Shown here: positions 43,486-55,415 of the stretch, piece by piece
Numbering within the stretch: position 1 is the first letter of the stretch
Layout: the number at the start of each line of letters is the position of its first letter
Source: an uncultured Verrucomicrobiae bacterium
GTDB lineage: Bacteria > Verrucomicrobiota > Verrucomicrobiia > Chthoniobacterales > UBA10450
Assembly: GCA_963815455.1 (NCBI GenBank)
Contig: CAWFGO010000005.1
Location: 160,001-224,000, forward strand
Direction of reading: 5' to 3'
DNA length: 64,000 bases
Notes under the pieces: model-generated
Told to the model about the DNA's origin: nothing
The model's database searches: none
The model's input: the letters and a program-made list of their open reading frames with translations, nothing else
Program-made: the position numbers and the translations under genes

Positions 43486-44646
43486 ATGAGCGGAATACGA
43501 GTATTGGTCGGCACGAAGAAGGGCGCATTCATCCTGACTTCGGATGCGAAGCGCAAAGACTGGAAAGTGGACGGCCCGCATTTTGCCGGCTGGGAAATTT
43601 ATCACGTGAAAGGTTCGCCGGCCGATCCGAACCGGCTGTATGCGTCGCAGACGAGCGCCTGGTTCGGGCAGGTCATTCAACGTTCCAGTGACGGAGGGAA
43701 AACTTGGGAGACGCCCGGCGGAGGAATAGAAACGACACCCGACGGCATGCCTAAGGGTGAGAGCAACAAATTCGTTTACGATGGCATCCCGGGAACGCAC
43801 CAGTGGTACGACGGCACCCAGCATCCGTGGGAATTCAAACGGGTCTGGCACCTGGAACCGGCGCTCGATCATCCCGATCATGTTTATGCGGGCGTGGAAG
43901 ATGCGGCCTTGTTCGAATCGACTGATGGCGGCAAGTCGTGGAGCGAGTTATCTGGATTGCGTAAGCACGACACCGGACCGAAGTGGCAGCCCGGCGCCGG
44001 AGGGATGTGTCTGCACACGGTCCTGATCGATCCAAGCAATCCGAAGCGAATATTCGTCGCGATCTCGGCGGCGGGCGCATTCCGCAGCGATGACAGCGGT
44101 AAGACCTGGAAACCGATTAATCGCGGCTTGCACTCCCAGTTCATGCCCGATCCAAATGCGGAGGTGGGGCATTGTGTTCATCGCATCGCCATGCATCCGT
44201 CGCGTCCGAATGTTCTCTTCATGCAAAAACACTGGGACATCATGCGCAGCGACGACGCCGGCGATTCCTGGCGCGAAGTCAGCGGCAATTTGCCGACCGA
44301 TTTCGGATTTCCAATCGACGTTCATGCCCACGAGCCCGAAACGATCTACGTCGTGCCGATCAAGAGCGATTCCGAGCATTACCCGCTCGACGGCAAACTC
44401 CAAGTGTGGCGGAGCCGAACTGGCGGCAACGATTGGGAAGCGCTGACCAAAGGTCTGCCGCAAAAAGACTGCTACGTAAATGTGTTGCGCGACGCCATGG
44501 CCGTGGATTCGCTCGATCCGTGCGGCATCTACTTCGGAACGACCGGCGGACAAGTTTATGCCTCACGCGACGCGGGGGATAGTTGGGAACCGATTGTGCG
44601 TGACTTGCCGGCGGTACTATCTGTGGAAGCTCTGACGATCGCGTGA
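43486..44646 (+). CDS. BNR/Asp-box beta-propeller protein
   Basis: Repeated SxDxGxxW motifs. Confidence 0.85.
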   Translation: MSGIRVLVGTKKGAFILTSDAKRKDWKVDGPHFAGWEIYHVKGSPADPNRLYASQTSAWFGQVIQRSSDGGKTWETPGGGIETTPDGMPKGESNKFVYDGIPGTHQWYDGTQHPWEFKRVWHLEPALDHPDHVYAGVEDAALFESTDGGKSWSELSGLRKHDTGPKWQPGAGGMCLHTVLIDPSNPKRIFVAISAAGAFRSDDSGKTWKPINRGLHSQFMPDPNAEVGHCVHRIAMHPSRPNVLFMQKHWDIMRSDDAGDSWREVSGNLPTDFGFPIDVHAHEPETIYVVPIKSDSEHYPLDGKLQVWRSRTGGNDWEALTKGLPQKDCYVNVLRDAMAVDSLDPCGIYFGTTGGQVYASRDAGDSWEPIVRDLPAVLSVEALTIA

Positions 44647-44649
44647 GGA

Positions 44650-44787
44650 AGCACCAAACCCCAAGCACCAAGCTCCAGTGAAGCTCCAATTACCAAATTC
44701 CAAACAAGAGATCTTTGACGAAGCTTCCGCCTTTGATGCTTGGTGTTTGACGTTTCTCTGGTGCTTGGATGTTGGAATTTGGAGCTT
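44650..44787. repeat. Inverted heptamer-repeat tract
   Basis: (A/C)CCAA(A/G)-type units and complementary TTGG-type units. Confidence 0.6.
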
Positions 44788-44793
44788 AAAGTG

Positions 44794-45090
44794 ATGGTTC
44801 GTGTCCTTCTCCCGCCGCATCTGCGCACGCTTGCACGCGTGAACGGCGAAGTAGAACTCGACGTTGCCGGTCCGGTAACGCAGATGTCGATCCTCGACGC
44901 GCTCGAATCGCGTTATCCCATGCTGCGCGGAACAATCCGCGAGCACGCCACGCATAAACGCCGGCCACTCGTTCGTTTTTTCGTCTGCGGCGAGGATGTG
45001 TCGCACGATCCGCCGGACTCGCCCTTGCCCGAGCCGATCATCAAAGGCTCGGAGCCCTTCCTGGTTATCGGCGCTATCGCTGGCGGTTAA
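44794..45090 (+). CDS. MoaD/ThiS ubiquitin-like protein
   Basis: C-terminal AIAGG. Confidence 0.85.
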   Translation: MVRVLLPPHLRTLARVNGEVELDVAGPVTQMSILDALESRYPMLRGTIREHATHKRRPLVRFFVCGEDVSHDPPDSPLPEPIIKGSEPFLVIGAIAGG

Positions 45091-45399
45091 CTTGTGGTCG
45101 ACTGGCGACAGACGATTCCGTCATCCCGAGTTGCGCAGACACGAGGGACCTCACAACTGCAATCGACGCGCTTTCCAGTATGGACGATCAACCAGCTTGT
45201 GCGAGGTCCTTCGCTTCGCTCAGGATGACCGAACTAACGGCGGGAGCGAGGTTCGGCGCAGCTTGGGCGCGTTGCCGGCTAATGCTCCAAGTGCAAAACA
45301 GCCGCCGTGTGCTTTTACAGAGGCGGCGTGATGTTTCATAGCGGGTCAAAGCTGGGGTGCAGTCTTAGGTTTTCGGAAAGTCTCATCGCATCAAGTCTC

Positions 45400-45989
45400 G
45401 ACCGACAGCGTCCCGACGAGACCGAGGCGCTCTGCGTCCGACTTCAGCGCGGTAATCACATTCGAATCACTTCATCCAGTGGCATGCCCAGTTGTTCTGC
45501 GCCTTTGATGATGTCTTCGCGGTTTACGGCGCGAGCGAAGGCTTTGTCTTTCATTTTCTTTTTTACCGACGCAACATCGACATCGTTGATGCTTTTGGTT
45601 GGGCGGACGCGAGCGACGGCGATGACGAAGCCGCTGAGTTCGTCCACCGCACGGAGCGTTTTTTCCATCGGCGTTTCCGGTTCGACGCCGGAGTAATCGG
45701 CGTGGGAGAGAATGGCATGGCATATTTCTTCGCTCCAACCGTTCTGGCGCAGCCATTTCACTCCTACGAAAGGATGGCCTTCGCTCGAACTGCGTTCAAG
45801 ATTCGGATGTCGCTCGTAATCCATGTCGTGCAAAAGACCGACCGCTTCCCAAAGATCGACATCGTCGCCGCGCACCCGGGCGAAATGCTTCATCGAATCG
45901 GCCACGGCGTAACAATGTTTGCGCAGACTTTCCGATTGGACCCATTCGTGCAGAAGCTGCAGGGCGCGAGGGACGAGCGGTTCATTCAT
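45400..45989 (-). CDS. HD-domain hydrolase, C-terminal frameshift (3' end approximate)
   Basis: LRKH, GLLHDMDYE, ILSHA, DELSG and KKMKDKAFARAV. Confidence 0.85.
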
Positions 45990-46080
45990 AAATATATTCG
46001 CGGCTTCACCGATTGTTTGCCATCGAGCGACGGAGCGCTCGATCCACCTTTGCAGAATTATATGGTGTGCGAGAAGCACT

Positions 46081-49000
46081 CTATCTCTTGGAGCTAATCC
46101 ATCTTGCCACGCGTCCGATAACGGCGGGGCCAACAATCATGACCACGAGGGCCGAAGCAATAGCAGCCAGCCAGTTGCGTTGGGAGGAGGGACTAAGACT
46201 GGAAAAAAACAGCCAACAACAATAAGCCCCCAGGACGATCAAAGTCGTCAGGACAATAATGATTATCCCTTTGACCGAGCTTAGTAATCGTCCGCGGCCG
46301 GCCATGAAATCGCTGAGGCCGGAAACAACCAGGTTCAAGGCGACAACGATCCCGAGGACTTCCCAACCGGCGACCTTTACCCGGTCGTTCACAAAGAGAC
46401 CGACGAAGATCGTGAGAAAAGCGAAAACGTAGAGTAGGCCAAGCCAATGTTGGAAGAAAAGATTTCGCAAGCTTTGCGGCACGGCTACGGCGACCAGATT
46501 CCAAAAAGTCGTGCCGAGCATCGCGATCCATGCCGCCACGCGTTTTCCGGGATTAGACCGATATTGGTCGGCCAAGCCATCGAGCATTCCACCAGTGATG
46601 GTGGTGGCGCGGGAGATTAGCTGGAGGGTTTTTTCCGAATCGAGCTGCCGGTCGACTTCGTACTTGCTCCTGTAATAAGCCAAAAGTTGACCCGGTTCTT
46701 GGAGACACTGGCGCAATGCACTACTCATGGTGACCGAGAGTTCCTTGCTCTGAAGCAAGGTTTCAACGAATTCGCGAAGCACGCGTGCCTGATCGGAGCC
46801 GGGAGCGCTGTTGGCCAGCGCCTGGCTAATGACGCCCGCGATCTGATCAAGATCATCCGAAGTGACTTCGTCCTCGAGAATTGAAATATGCGCTTGCTCG
46901 GTCAATTGGCGCCGCACTTTCTCGTCTTTATCGTCGGGCAGCAGAATACTGATTAGCCGCTCCGCGCCGTCCAATCGCCCCCAGAGCATATCGTTTTTCC
47001 GCCAGCGCTGATCGAGAAACGCGCCGAACGACATCACCGCCCGTCCGGCCAGTTTGCTACGCTTCTCGCCAGTCCGGCGCTCGTCGATTATCGACGGCGC
47101 ATCTTCCGGACTAACGCGATAAACTTCAACGGTGTTCGCTTCGCCTACGCCGGTGCCATAACGCACCGGATAAGTGATCAGGTCGTAAAGAACGAAGTTC
47201 TGATAATAATGATCCAGAAATACGCGCGCGGCGACGTCGCCCTTGCTAAGATCGACATCGGCCGGGTCCGCGATCGTCAACCGTGCGAAATCGCGTTTGC
47301 TCAACGTATTCTTGATGACGTCCGCGAGCTTTTTCAGCTTCTCCCGGTGTTGCCGGAAAGCTGAATCGAAAATCTCCTTGCGTTTGTCATCATCTTCTTC
47401 AGCCAGAATTTGCTGCATTGTTTCCCAGGAAAGGTCGAAGTCCGAGGCGGCTTCTTGCAAATCGGCCGCGGGTTTGGAACCCGGTGTCAGAAACGCTTCC
47501 TCGGCCAGTCGTGCGCTGACGAGCGCACCGGCAATCTTTTCTTTCTTCACCCGCCTGAGCTCTTCTCGAAATTCCCCCGCCCATTTGCCAACCGCTGCAC
47601 TAGCGCGACCGGGCGATTCCAACTGGACACGAAGGCGCTGGGCCGCTTCAGCGCGATCCTGCCTTGTTTTGGACTTGTCAACGGAGGGCGATTCCAGGTG
47701 CTTCAGCCACACCGAGAGCAGGTTTTCCGCTTTCTCATCGAGCTCCTCGGTTACTGTCTGGGCGAGTTGATTAATGCGCTGGTTCAAGAAGCTTAACCGG
47801 CGAAATGTGTAGCGGAGATCGAAATCGAGAAGGAACTGGTTCTCGGTCGCCAGACCTTGATTGCCTGCCGACGCTGAATCGGGTTTGGTTTCGACATAGT
47901 TTTCGCGCCGCCACTGGATAACGAACTCGCGAATTACGGCGGCGGCGTCCGAATCCGGATCATGCCCCAACGCAGCCACGATCAGATCGGAAATGAAGCC
48001 GGTTATTTCTTCAACCTTGAGCCGGTGGTAGGCGCCGAAGCTGACACCATAGATGTCGATCATGCGACCAAGATCGGCTTCGCCGAATTGTTCGTGGGTG
48101 AGAGGCTTCTTTTGGCGAACCCTGATTGCGTCTTCATCGACGTGACTGGCAAACGTCGCGATTCGTTCCAGGGTGGCGTTACGCTGATATAGTCGCTCGA
48201 GGTCTTCGCGAATTGTCTCCTGCCGCGGCAGATCGAGCGCGGCGGCGCGAACATTCGCGGCGAAATCGGGCCGTTGCCGAGGTTTCCTCGGCGTCAATTC
48301 GGGATGTTCCGGTGTCGGCTCGACGTAAATCAGTTTGCGATCCACCACGCAATCGGCCCAGCGCCGCGCCAACATGGAAGTGGCGTAACTGAACGGCTTG
48401 TTGTCGAGATATCCGCCGTCGCCGAAAGAACGGTTGCGAAACGCATTGCGTAAGTCCGCAAATGCGGAATCAATCGTCTGCTCTGTTGTATTTCCAGCCG
48501 CGGGAAGCCCGGTTGCTTGTTCAGCCCGTGCTTTCTTATCGATGTCGAACAGGCCGAGGCGGAGATATTCTTTGAAGAAGTGGTCCCAACGGGCGCGCTC
48601 CCTGGGATCGTTGCTGGCCCATGGATCGTCGGATTCGTAGCGCTGATACCGCTCCAAAACGGGCCCGATGTCCCCGAGCTGCATGGCATCAAAAGCGAAC
48701 GGAAACGACGATGTGCAACGAGCGGCGAAGGCTAGAAACGGATCGTCGTTTTTTTTAAAATCGTCCCGGCTGAAATCTTCGCCGTCCTTTTTGCGCTGTT
48801 CTTTCGAACGCGGGTCGGGGGCGTAACGAAAATGAAAAACATTTCGGTAACGGCGTTCGTAAACGACTCCGTCTGCGAGCTTGATTGGCAGGGGAATCCC
48901 TTCAATGTCTGTCGTCGTGATGAAAAGATCGAACTCGTTTACCAGCGGAGAAGGTTCGCCGGAATCCACCGCGGACGCACCCATGTCTTCGAGTGCCTCG

Positions 49001-49659
49001 AGCAATTTGCGATACATTCGCTGGCTATTAAGCAGCGATTTCTCGGGCCTTTGCACGGCGAAGCCGCGATTGTCCGAATAATCTTCCGCTTTCGTGTCGT
49101 TGAGAAGTTTGCCAAGATCGCCTTCGGTCAACCAAAGCTTTTTCAAGCCATCCATCTTTTGATTCCTGGCCAGCGCTTTGCCTAGAAAAACGCCATTGAT
49201 GCCACCGGCTGATGTCCCGGAAATAACATCGACAATGAAACGGGTCGTGACCTCGTCGGCCGTCGGCGGCCTCCGCTTGCCGTCAGGTCCCGGCGAGGCG
49301 GCTTGTTGTAATTTAGCGCGATCGGCCAGGTATTGTCCGAGCCTCCGGTAGACCCCGGCGGTGCCGGGCAACTCAGGATGGTCGGCGCCAAGCAGCGCGG
49401 TGCCAAAATCCGGCGACGACGGATCGACTGTCTTGGGCGCCGTAGCGCGCACCATGTTAAGCAATTCCTGGGTAACGCCGTTGATGTAGATGGCCAGGGA
49501 CACGCCGCCATACATCACGACCGCGAAGCGCACCTCGCGTTCGACATTTATCGGCACACTTGTCGATGTCATGGGTGCGATCTGTTCCGGAGTGCTCACA
49601 ATGGGAACGTCGGTAGGGCGTCGGGCATTCAGCCAAAATCGCATGACCGGGTCAAACAA
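46081..49659 (-). CDS. Patatin-like protein with DUF3376 (TIGR03607-like)
   Basis: YGGVSLA, GTSAG, DGGYLDNKPF, FGAFL..WRKNDMLWGRLDG; C-terminal TMs. Confidence 0.9.
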   Translation of the reverse strand: MFDPVMRFWLNARRPTDVPIVSTPEQIAPMTSTSVPINVEREVRFAVVMYGGVSLAIYINGVTQELLNMVRATAPKTVDPSSPDFGTALLGADHPELPGTAGVYRRLGQYLADRAKLQQAASPGPDGKRRPPTADEVTTRFIVDVISGTSAGGINGVFLGKALARNQKMDGLKKLWLTEGDLGKLLNDTKAEDYSDNRGFAVQRPEKSLLNSQRMYRKLLEALEDMGASAVDSGEPSPLVNEFDLFITTTDIEGIPLPIKLADGVVYERRYRNVFHFRYAPDPRSKEQRKKDGEDFSRDDFKKNDDPFLAFAARCTSSFPFAFDAMQLGDIGPVLERYQRYESDDPWASNDPRERARWDHFFKEYLRLGLFDIDKKARAEQATGLPAAGNTTEQTIDSAFADLRNAFRNRSFGDGGYLDNKPFSYATSMLARRWADCVVDRKLIYVEPTPEHPELTPRKPRQRPDFAANVRAAALDLPRQETIREDLERLYQRNATLERIATFASHVDEDAIRVRQKKPLTHEQFGEADLGRMIDIYGVSFGAYHRLKVEEITGFISDLIVAALGHDPDSDAAAVIREFVIQWRRENYVETKPDSASAGNQGLATENQFLLDFDLRYTFRRLSFLNQRINQLAQTVTEELDEKAENLLSVWLKHLESPSVDKSKTRQDRAEAAQRLRVQLESPGRASAAVGKWAGEFREELRRVKKEKIAGALVSARLAEEAFLTPGSKPAADLQEAASDFDLSWETMQQILAEEDDDKRKEIFDSAFRQHREKLKKLADVIKNTLSKRDFARLTIADPADVDLSKGDVAARVFLDHYYQNFVLYDLITYPVRYGTGVGEANTVEVYRVSPEDAPSIIDERRTGEKRSKLAGRAVMSFGAFLDQRWRKNDMLWGRLDGAERLISILLPDDKDEKVRRQLTEQAHISILEDEVTSDDLDQIAGVISQALANSAPGSDQARVLREFVETLLQSKELSVTMSSALRQCLQEPGQLLAYYRSKYEVDRQLDSEKTLQLISRATTITGGMLDGLADQYRSNPGKRVAAWIAMLGTTFWNLVAVAVPQSLRNLFFQHWLGLLYVFAFLTIFVGLFVNDRVKVAGWEVLGIVVALNLVVSGLSDFMAGRGRLLSSVKGIIIIVLTTLIVLGAYCCWLFFSSLSPSSQRNWLAAIASALVVMIVGPAVIGRVARWISSKR

Positions 49660-49718
49660 ATTGCGGCACGAATCGGCTGGATTTGTCGAAAGATGGATCG
49701 CAGCCTTGCTTCGAACGA

Positions 49719-51180
49719 ATGGTTCCTGCAGGCAGTCAACTTTCCCGCGGATCGAGCGTCAGCCGGTTTTGGCCGATGCTTTCGGCGGCTCTTCTGATTA
49801 TTGCGGCTTCGGTTTGGCTCGGGTTCAAGATTCCGCGCGGGATCCTAACGTATCAGGACGAGTTGTTTACCGCGGAGCGCGCCCGGGAGATGCTCATGTT
49901 AGGGCGCGACAGTGTGCACTACAATTTCGAGCATTCTTTCGCCAAGCCGCCGCTGCAATATTGGCTCACCACGCTGACTCTGCCGCGCTTCAACAACTCC
50001 GCCACGGCGGTTCGGATCTGGCCACTGATCTATGGCCTGCTTACCGCGGTTGTTGTCGGCTGGCTGGCGTATCTTATCTCGCCCGAGAGGCCATGGCTCA
50101 TTCCGTTGAGCGTTGCGAGTTTCATTTCGTGTCCGCTTTTTTCCACGGAAGCGACCCGTGCTCTGCTCGACACTGGCCTGATGTTTTTCGCAACGCTGGC
50201 AATCGCTTTGGCAGAATTGGCGCGACGTCGTCCTGCCTGGTGGTTAGGCGTCGCGATTGTTTGCTGGCTCGGCGCGCTCCAAAAGATTCCGCTAATCTTC
50301 TTGGTCTGGTTGCTCATCGTCATCGTGCGCCTCTGCACCGAGCGGGCACGGCTGCCCGAACGTTGGGTGATTGGAAGCGTTCTGCTGGGATTGGCGCTCG
50401 TGTCGATCTGGCCGCTTATGCAGCTCGCGAAGTACGGGATGCCGCTCACGAAGGCATTCGCAGGCGATGATCTCAACTCTTTGTTCGGCGAGCGGCGCTT
50501 GGGGTCGCGGCCTTACTTCGAAGTTCTGACCGGTCTGGTCGCGACGGGATGGGCCGGTGGCGGTTTCGCCCTGGCCGCGGCCCTCGTATTTTTGGTTTCG
50601 AAAAAACTTCGGGCGCCAGCGCTGGTGTTGGAGATGTCGATCCTGTCCGTCGCTGTTGTGGCGCTGGCCGTCGTTTTTAACTTTCGATCCGTTCGTTACG
50701 TGCTGCCAATTGTTCCCAGCCTGGCCATTGTTCTGGCGTTGTTTCTACACCAGCTCGCCGAACCCGAGAAAATGCGGGTTCTCATAATCGGCTTCGCCAT
50801 TTTATTCGTGGTAACCGGCGTCGTTCAGGCGGAAATCAAAATGCATCACCGCGGCCCCGACGCTTCGAATGAGCAACGCATCGCGCAAAAGCTCGGTGAG
50901 ATCCAGATTGCCGGCGCGTCCACTATTTTGGTTAAGCCGGCGCCGCCGGCCAAAAGAGGTTTGCGCTCGGGCGCGTTCTATTTGTTTCATGGCGACCTGC
51001 ATTTCCTTTGAGCCAGTACTCGATCGACAAACTTCGTCAGGCGCCACCGCCGGGCCCGGCAGTCGGCGTTTGCGTCGCTCGCGATTTTCCGGCTGTTCAC
51101 GCGGTTTATCCCGATGCCGGAGTCGTCCTCGCCCTGGATCAATTCGTTTGCTGGCAAACGGCTCGGAGCAGCCGCTGAAG
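49719..51180 (+). CDS. ArnT/PMT-family (GT-C) glycosyltransferase, frameshift near 51005 (3' end approximate)
   Basis: QDE..AERAREM and FAKPPLQYW; many TMs. Confidence 0.8.
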
Positions 51181-51195
51181 CGTTCGCGGTGTGCT

Positions 51196-51663
51196 TTACA
51201 TCTCTCGATGCATGATGATCGTATCGGGACGTTCTTCGACGACCTTGAATCCAAATCGCTCGTACAACCGCAGCAACGGCTTACCGGTGACGAGGCTAAT
51301 TAAAATGGTGGATTGCTCTGCGTTCGCGCGAACCAACTGGGTGAGCAGCGCCGTGCCGATGCCATGGCCGCGATGTCCCGGTTTAACGGCAAAGGCCAGC
51401 TCCGGAGGCGCGCTGCCTTGAGCCGGACCGACCGGTTTTCGAAGCCAAACCGCCCCGAGCACTGATTTGTCTTTTCCATCGTGGGCAACGAACCCGGTAT
51501 CGCCTTCGCGGCCCCATCCCTGAACGTAGTGGGCAAACTCGGGCCGATGAACAATGTCGCGTGGCGGGGCGCCCTTTTCGCCAACCGGCGAAAGTCCCTG
51601 ATACACCATCTCCCAGAGAATGGGCTCGTCTCCTGCGTCCAGAGGGCGAATTACGTAGTCCAT
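51196..51663 (-). CDS. GNAT acetyltransferase
   Basis: RGHGIGTALL and LYERFGF. Confidence 0.85.
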   Translation of the reverse strand: MDYVIRPLDAGDEPILWEMVYQGLSPVGEKGAPPRDIVHRPEFAHYVQGWGREGDTGFVAHDGKDKSVLGAVWLRKPVGPAQGSAPPELAFAVKPGHRGHGIGTALLTQLVRANAEQSTILISLVTGKPLLRLYERFGFKVVEERPDTIIMHREM

Positions 51664-51779
51664 CGAGTATAAGAGTGTGTGGCGGCGGCCTAATTGTCAT
51701 CGATAACGGGAGAAAATACCAGCGCGACGTTGCCGGAAGAATCGAGTGGCAATCGCGACGCAATCGGAGAGCGTAATCC

Positions 51780-52598
51780 ATGTCAACGGACCGTGATTAC
51801 GTTCTCGGAACAAACGACGAAGAAATTTCCAGACTCGGTCTGCAACACGATGTTTGGCGTCCGGTAGTCCTGGAATGCTGGAAGCGGGCTGGGATCGGCG
51901 CCGGGAAAAGTGTGCTCGATGTGGGCGCGGGTCCCGGCTATGCCGCTGTCGATCTTGCCGAGATCGTCGGACCATCCGGCAAAGTAGTTGCGCTCGAACG
52001 TTCGGGAAAGTTTGTAAGTGCGATGCGCGAAACATGTCGCCGTCGCGGCCTAACGCATCTGGAAATTCACGAGCTGGATTTGATGACCGACGATTTCCCC
52101 AAAGTCAAATGCGATTTCTCCTGGTGCCGGTGGGTCGGCTCCTTCGTCAGCGATCCGGCGTTGCTGGTCAGAAAGATCCGGGGCGCGCTTAAAAATGGCG
52201 GCCGGGCGATTTTTCACGAGTACGCACACTACGAAACATGGCGATTCCTTCCCCCGCTTGCGCGTCAGGAGAAGTTTCGCGAGCACGTGATTGCAACCTG
52301 GCACGAATCGGGCGGCGAACCCGACGGTGCCCGGGATTTGCCCGCGCATTTGTCGGCGAACGGTTTCATCATTCGATCGGCAGTGCCGCATGTTTTTTGC
52401 CTGCGCCCGGGCGACCGCATGTGGCAATGGCCCGCGACGTTCATCGATGTTTATCTCTCGCGATTGCAGGAGATGGGCCGGATCGACCAAAAATTCGCCG
52501 AGGGATTGCAGGCCGATCTGGCGAGCGCTGAGAAAAATCCGAATGCGCTGATGATCACGCCGTTGGTTCTGGAAATCATTGCCGAGAAAATGGAGTGA
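51780..52598 (+). CDS. SAM-dependent methyltransferase
   Basis: VLDVGAGPG. Confidence 0.85.
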   Translation: MSTDRDYVLGTNDEEISRLGLQHDVWRPVVLECWKRAGIGAGKSVLDVGAGPGYAAVDLAEIVGPSGKVVALERSGKFVSAMRETCRRRGLTHLEIHELDLMTDDFPKVKCDFSWCRWVGSFVSDPALLVRKIRGALKNGGRAIFHEYAHYETWRFLPPLARQEKFREHVIATWHESGGEPDGARDLPAHLSANGFIIRSAVPHVFCLRPGDRMWQWPATFIDVYLSRLQEMGRIDQKFAEGLQADLASAEKNPNALMITPLVLEIIAEKME

Positions 52599-52683
52599 CG
52601 AGCCCGAAATGGGACGATTCCAATCCTCCAGAGTATATTTTGCTGGATTTTTCCCGGCGAATTGATCTAGGATACGGGCCATC

Positions 52684-53370
52684 ATGAAGTGGCAATCCGC
52701 TTTCCTTTGGCTCGTCACCTTGGCCCTGGCGAGTTCCGCTCATGCCATCGGTTTTGGTCAGATCGACGATTTTCAGGACGGCACCACTCAACAATGGGCC
52801 AACGGTGGCGTGCCCGGCGCGCCTCCTGTGTTGAACATCGCCACTGGCGGACCCGGCGGCGCGGGCGACAGGTTTATGCAAATTAGCTCCACCGGCTCAG
52901 GCGCGGGCAGCCGGCTTACCGTTTTCAACCGCGCCCAATGGCTCGGCGATTACATTGCCACAGGTGTTACCTCCATTGAGGTCGACCTGAATAATTTCAG
53001 CGACATTGAGCTTTCTGTTCGGATCGCTTTCAAAACCGACCCGGGCCCGGGTTCTTCCGGTTTCCTCTCGCTGCCCTTTATCTTGAATGCAGGCAGCGGC
53101 TGGCAGCACGCCGTCTTTACCATCAGCCCGGCCACGATGCTCGCAATCGGTGGCCCGGCGGATTTCAATACCTTCTTTTCCGGTAATTTCGAGGAGATTA
53201 GGTTCATCAACGAGGTTGACCCCATCGACCTCAATGGCGATCGCGTCGTCGGTCAATTGGGCATCGACAACGTCCACGCCGTGCCCGAACCGACCACGTT
53301 CGTTTTGTCCGCCACTGGTCTGCTTGCTCTCGTTGCGGTTCGACGACTCAAAGGCCGGGCAAAGCTCTAG
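52684..53370 (+). CDS. PEP-CTERM surface protein
   Basis: Signal peptide, VPEP motif, TM helix and basic tail. Confidence 0.9.
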   Translation: MKWQSAFLWLVTLALASSAHAIGFGQIDDFQDGTTQQWANGGVPGAPPVLNIATGGPGGAGDRFMQISSTGSGAGSRLTVFNRAQWLGDYIATGVTSIEVDLNNFSDIELSVRIAFKTDPGPGSSGFLSLPFILNAGSGWQHAVFTISPATMLAIGGPADFNTFFSGNFEEIRFINEVDPIDLNGDRVVGQLGIDNVHAVPEPTTFVLSATGLLALVAVRRLKGRAKL

Positions 53371-53404
53371 GAATTAGAGGGACGACCTCTGTGTCGTCCG
53401 CCGG

Positions 53405-54469
53405 TTACTTCGCCGTTGCGTGAAATGCTACATCGAGATTTGCCCGCTTTTCGCCCTCCGACGTTTTCGCCGTTCCCGCGAGATCTTTCGCTTTTGGATT
53501 TTGAATTCGCACATCGAACAGGCCCGATACACTGGCCTGTCGTCCTTTGGTGTGAACATCCGTGCGATAAATCGCCCCCTCGTTGTCGATGAAAAAAACC
53601 AGGCCGCTCCATTTCGTGTGATCCATCATCATATCGAACTCGTTCTTCCACTTTTCGGTGGGTAATTTCTGGTCGGTGATGAGCACAACGACCGGTTTGC
53701 GGTCGTCTTTTTGATCGACAAACGCCTCGGCGAACTTCAATTCCGCCGTTGCGCCATCATAGGTGAGTGACCCCTTGGCCACGCCGGCTGGAAGATCGAC
53801 AATCGTTCCGGCGGGCGAGGCGCTCGGTTTAGCTGCAGCATTCGTCGGATTCGGCGGTTCCGCGTCGTCGGGCATTTCTTCTTGCAAGTGGTCATCCAAA
53901 CTTTCCTCCTGCTCGATCATCGGCGAAGACAGGGTGACCTGCGTAATTTTTGCGCCTCGCTTGCGTTCGGCCTCCATTCGCACCGCTTCGATCGGGTTTT
54001 CCAGGCTCGAATAAGTCACGACTTGCGTGACCTGCCCGTTGATATCCGATCCGGTGCGTTCGTGCCTGAACTTGTCGTTCTTGAAAGTGTCCCACGCGTC
54101 CGCCAGCGCATCGGGTGGCAGCGGCGAAGTTCCCGTCACCACGACCTTTTCTTGTCCATCAATGGTCTTCATCGCCGCGGGTCCGGAGGCGATAAATTGC
54201 GGCACCTTCGGCGTCCAATCCGGCAGCGCCGCTTTACCGGCATATTTAGCGACTAACTCGTCATGTCTTTTTTTGGCTGCAGCTTTCTCGGCTGCTTCTT
54301 CCCTCGCATTTTCTTTGAGCATCTCGCGAACCTCGGGCAGCTTCATCCCCATGCGCTTGGCCGCTTCTTCGGCTTGCTTGGTCATTTCCTCGGATTCTTT
54401 GTCTTCGTCCTGCCCGTAAACGAACGGCGCAACAATCAACGCCGCAGCGATCACCGAGATAATTTTCAT
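53405..54469 (-). CDS. Secreted hypothetical protein, probably two domains
   Basis: Signal peptide MKIISV...; acidic/Pro-rich linker. Confidence 0.7.
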   Translation of the reverse strand: MKIISVIAAALIVAPFVYGQDEDKESEEMTKQAEEAAKRMGMKLPEVREMLKENAREEAAEKAAAKKRHDELVAKYAGKAALPDWTPKVPQFIASGPAAMKTIDGQEKVVVTGTSPLPPDALADAWDTFKNDKFRHERTGSDINGQVTQVVTYSSLENPIEAVRMEAERKRGAKITQVTLSSPMIEQEESLDDHLQEEMPDDAEPPNPTNAAAKPSASPAGTIVDLPAGVAKGSLTYDGATAELKFAEAFVDQKDDRKPVVVLITDQKLPTEKWKNEFDMMMDHTKWSGLVFFIDNEGAIYRTDVHTKGRQASVSGLFDVRIQNPKAKDLAGTAKTSEGEKRANLDVAFHATAK

Positions 54470-54557
54470 GGCGCGGACATTACCGGAACGTATGCTCGCG
54501 GAAAAGAAATTTTGTCTGTAGCGGCGGTCTCCGACCGCCGAACTAAGTTGGATCGAC

Positions 54558-55262
54558 ATGAATATCTGGATTGGCACGTCTGGTTTTCAATACACGGAAT
54601 GGAAGGGAAATTTTTACCCGGAAGATTTGGCGGCGGTAAAGATGCTGCCGTTTTACGCGGAGCGTCTTAACACCACCGAGATTAATTATACCTTTCGTCG
54701 CATCCCATCAGCCAAGACAATCGACAACTGGAACAAGCTCACGCCGGCGAAATTCCGATTCGCCCTCAAAGCGCCGCAAAAGATCACTCACTGGGCCAAG
54801 TTGCGCGATTGCAGCGATACCATGCGCTATTTCCACGATGTCACCGCCGGGCTTGGCGAAAAACTTGGCCCGATCCTTTTCCAACTCCCGCCCAATTTCA
54901 AAAAAGACACGTTCGTTCTGGCCGATTTCGTAAATGGTTTACCCGCCGGCGTCCGCGCGGCTTTCGAATTTCGCCACGAATCCTGGTTTGCCGATGACAT
55001 CTGGGAAATCTTCAAGGCCCGCAACGTTGCTCTTTGCCTGAACGAAACCGCCGACTTCGCCGCGCCGAAAATTTCCACCGCTGATTTCGGTTATCTCAGA
55101 CTGCGGCGCGAAGATTACAGCAAGATCGACATCGAACGCTGGGCCAAGTTTGTGCGCGAGCAAAAAGGCTGGGACGACGTTTTCATCTATTTCAAACACG
55201 AAGAAGCCGGCATCGGGCCGAAACTGGCTGGGCAGATGAACAAGCTGCTGGCCGATTCGTAG
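54558..55262 (+). CDS. DUF72 family protein
   Basis: IGTSG, EINYTF, LFQLPP and EFRHESW. Confidence 0.9.
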   Translation: MNIWIGTSGFQYTEWKGNFYPEDLAAVKMLPFYAERLNTTEINYTFRRIPSAKTIDNWNKLTPAKFRFALKAPQKITHWAKLRDCSDTMRYFHDVTAGLGEKLGPILFQLPPNFKKDTFVLADFVNGLPAGVRAAFEFRHESWFADDIWEIFKARNVALCLNETADFAAPKISTADFGYLRLRREDYSKIDIERWAKFVREQKGWDDVFIYFKHEEAGIGPKLAGQMNKLLADS

Positions 55263-55415
55263 AAGTCGGCAAGCAGAGCATGTCATCCCGAGCGAAGCGC
55301 CTGTCGCGCCGTAGCTTAATGCGAAGGCGGGAGGGATCTCACAAACAAGGCGCGGCGTAATTTCGCGAGATTCTTTCGCTGCGCTCAGAATGACAGACCG
55401 GTTTATGACGCGGTG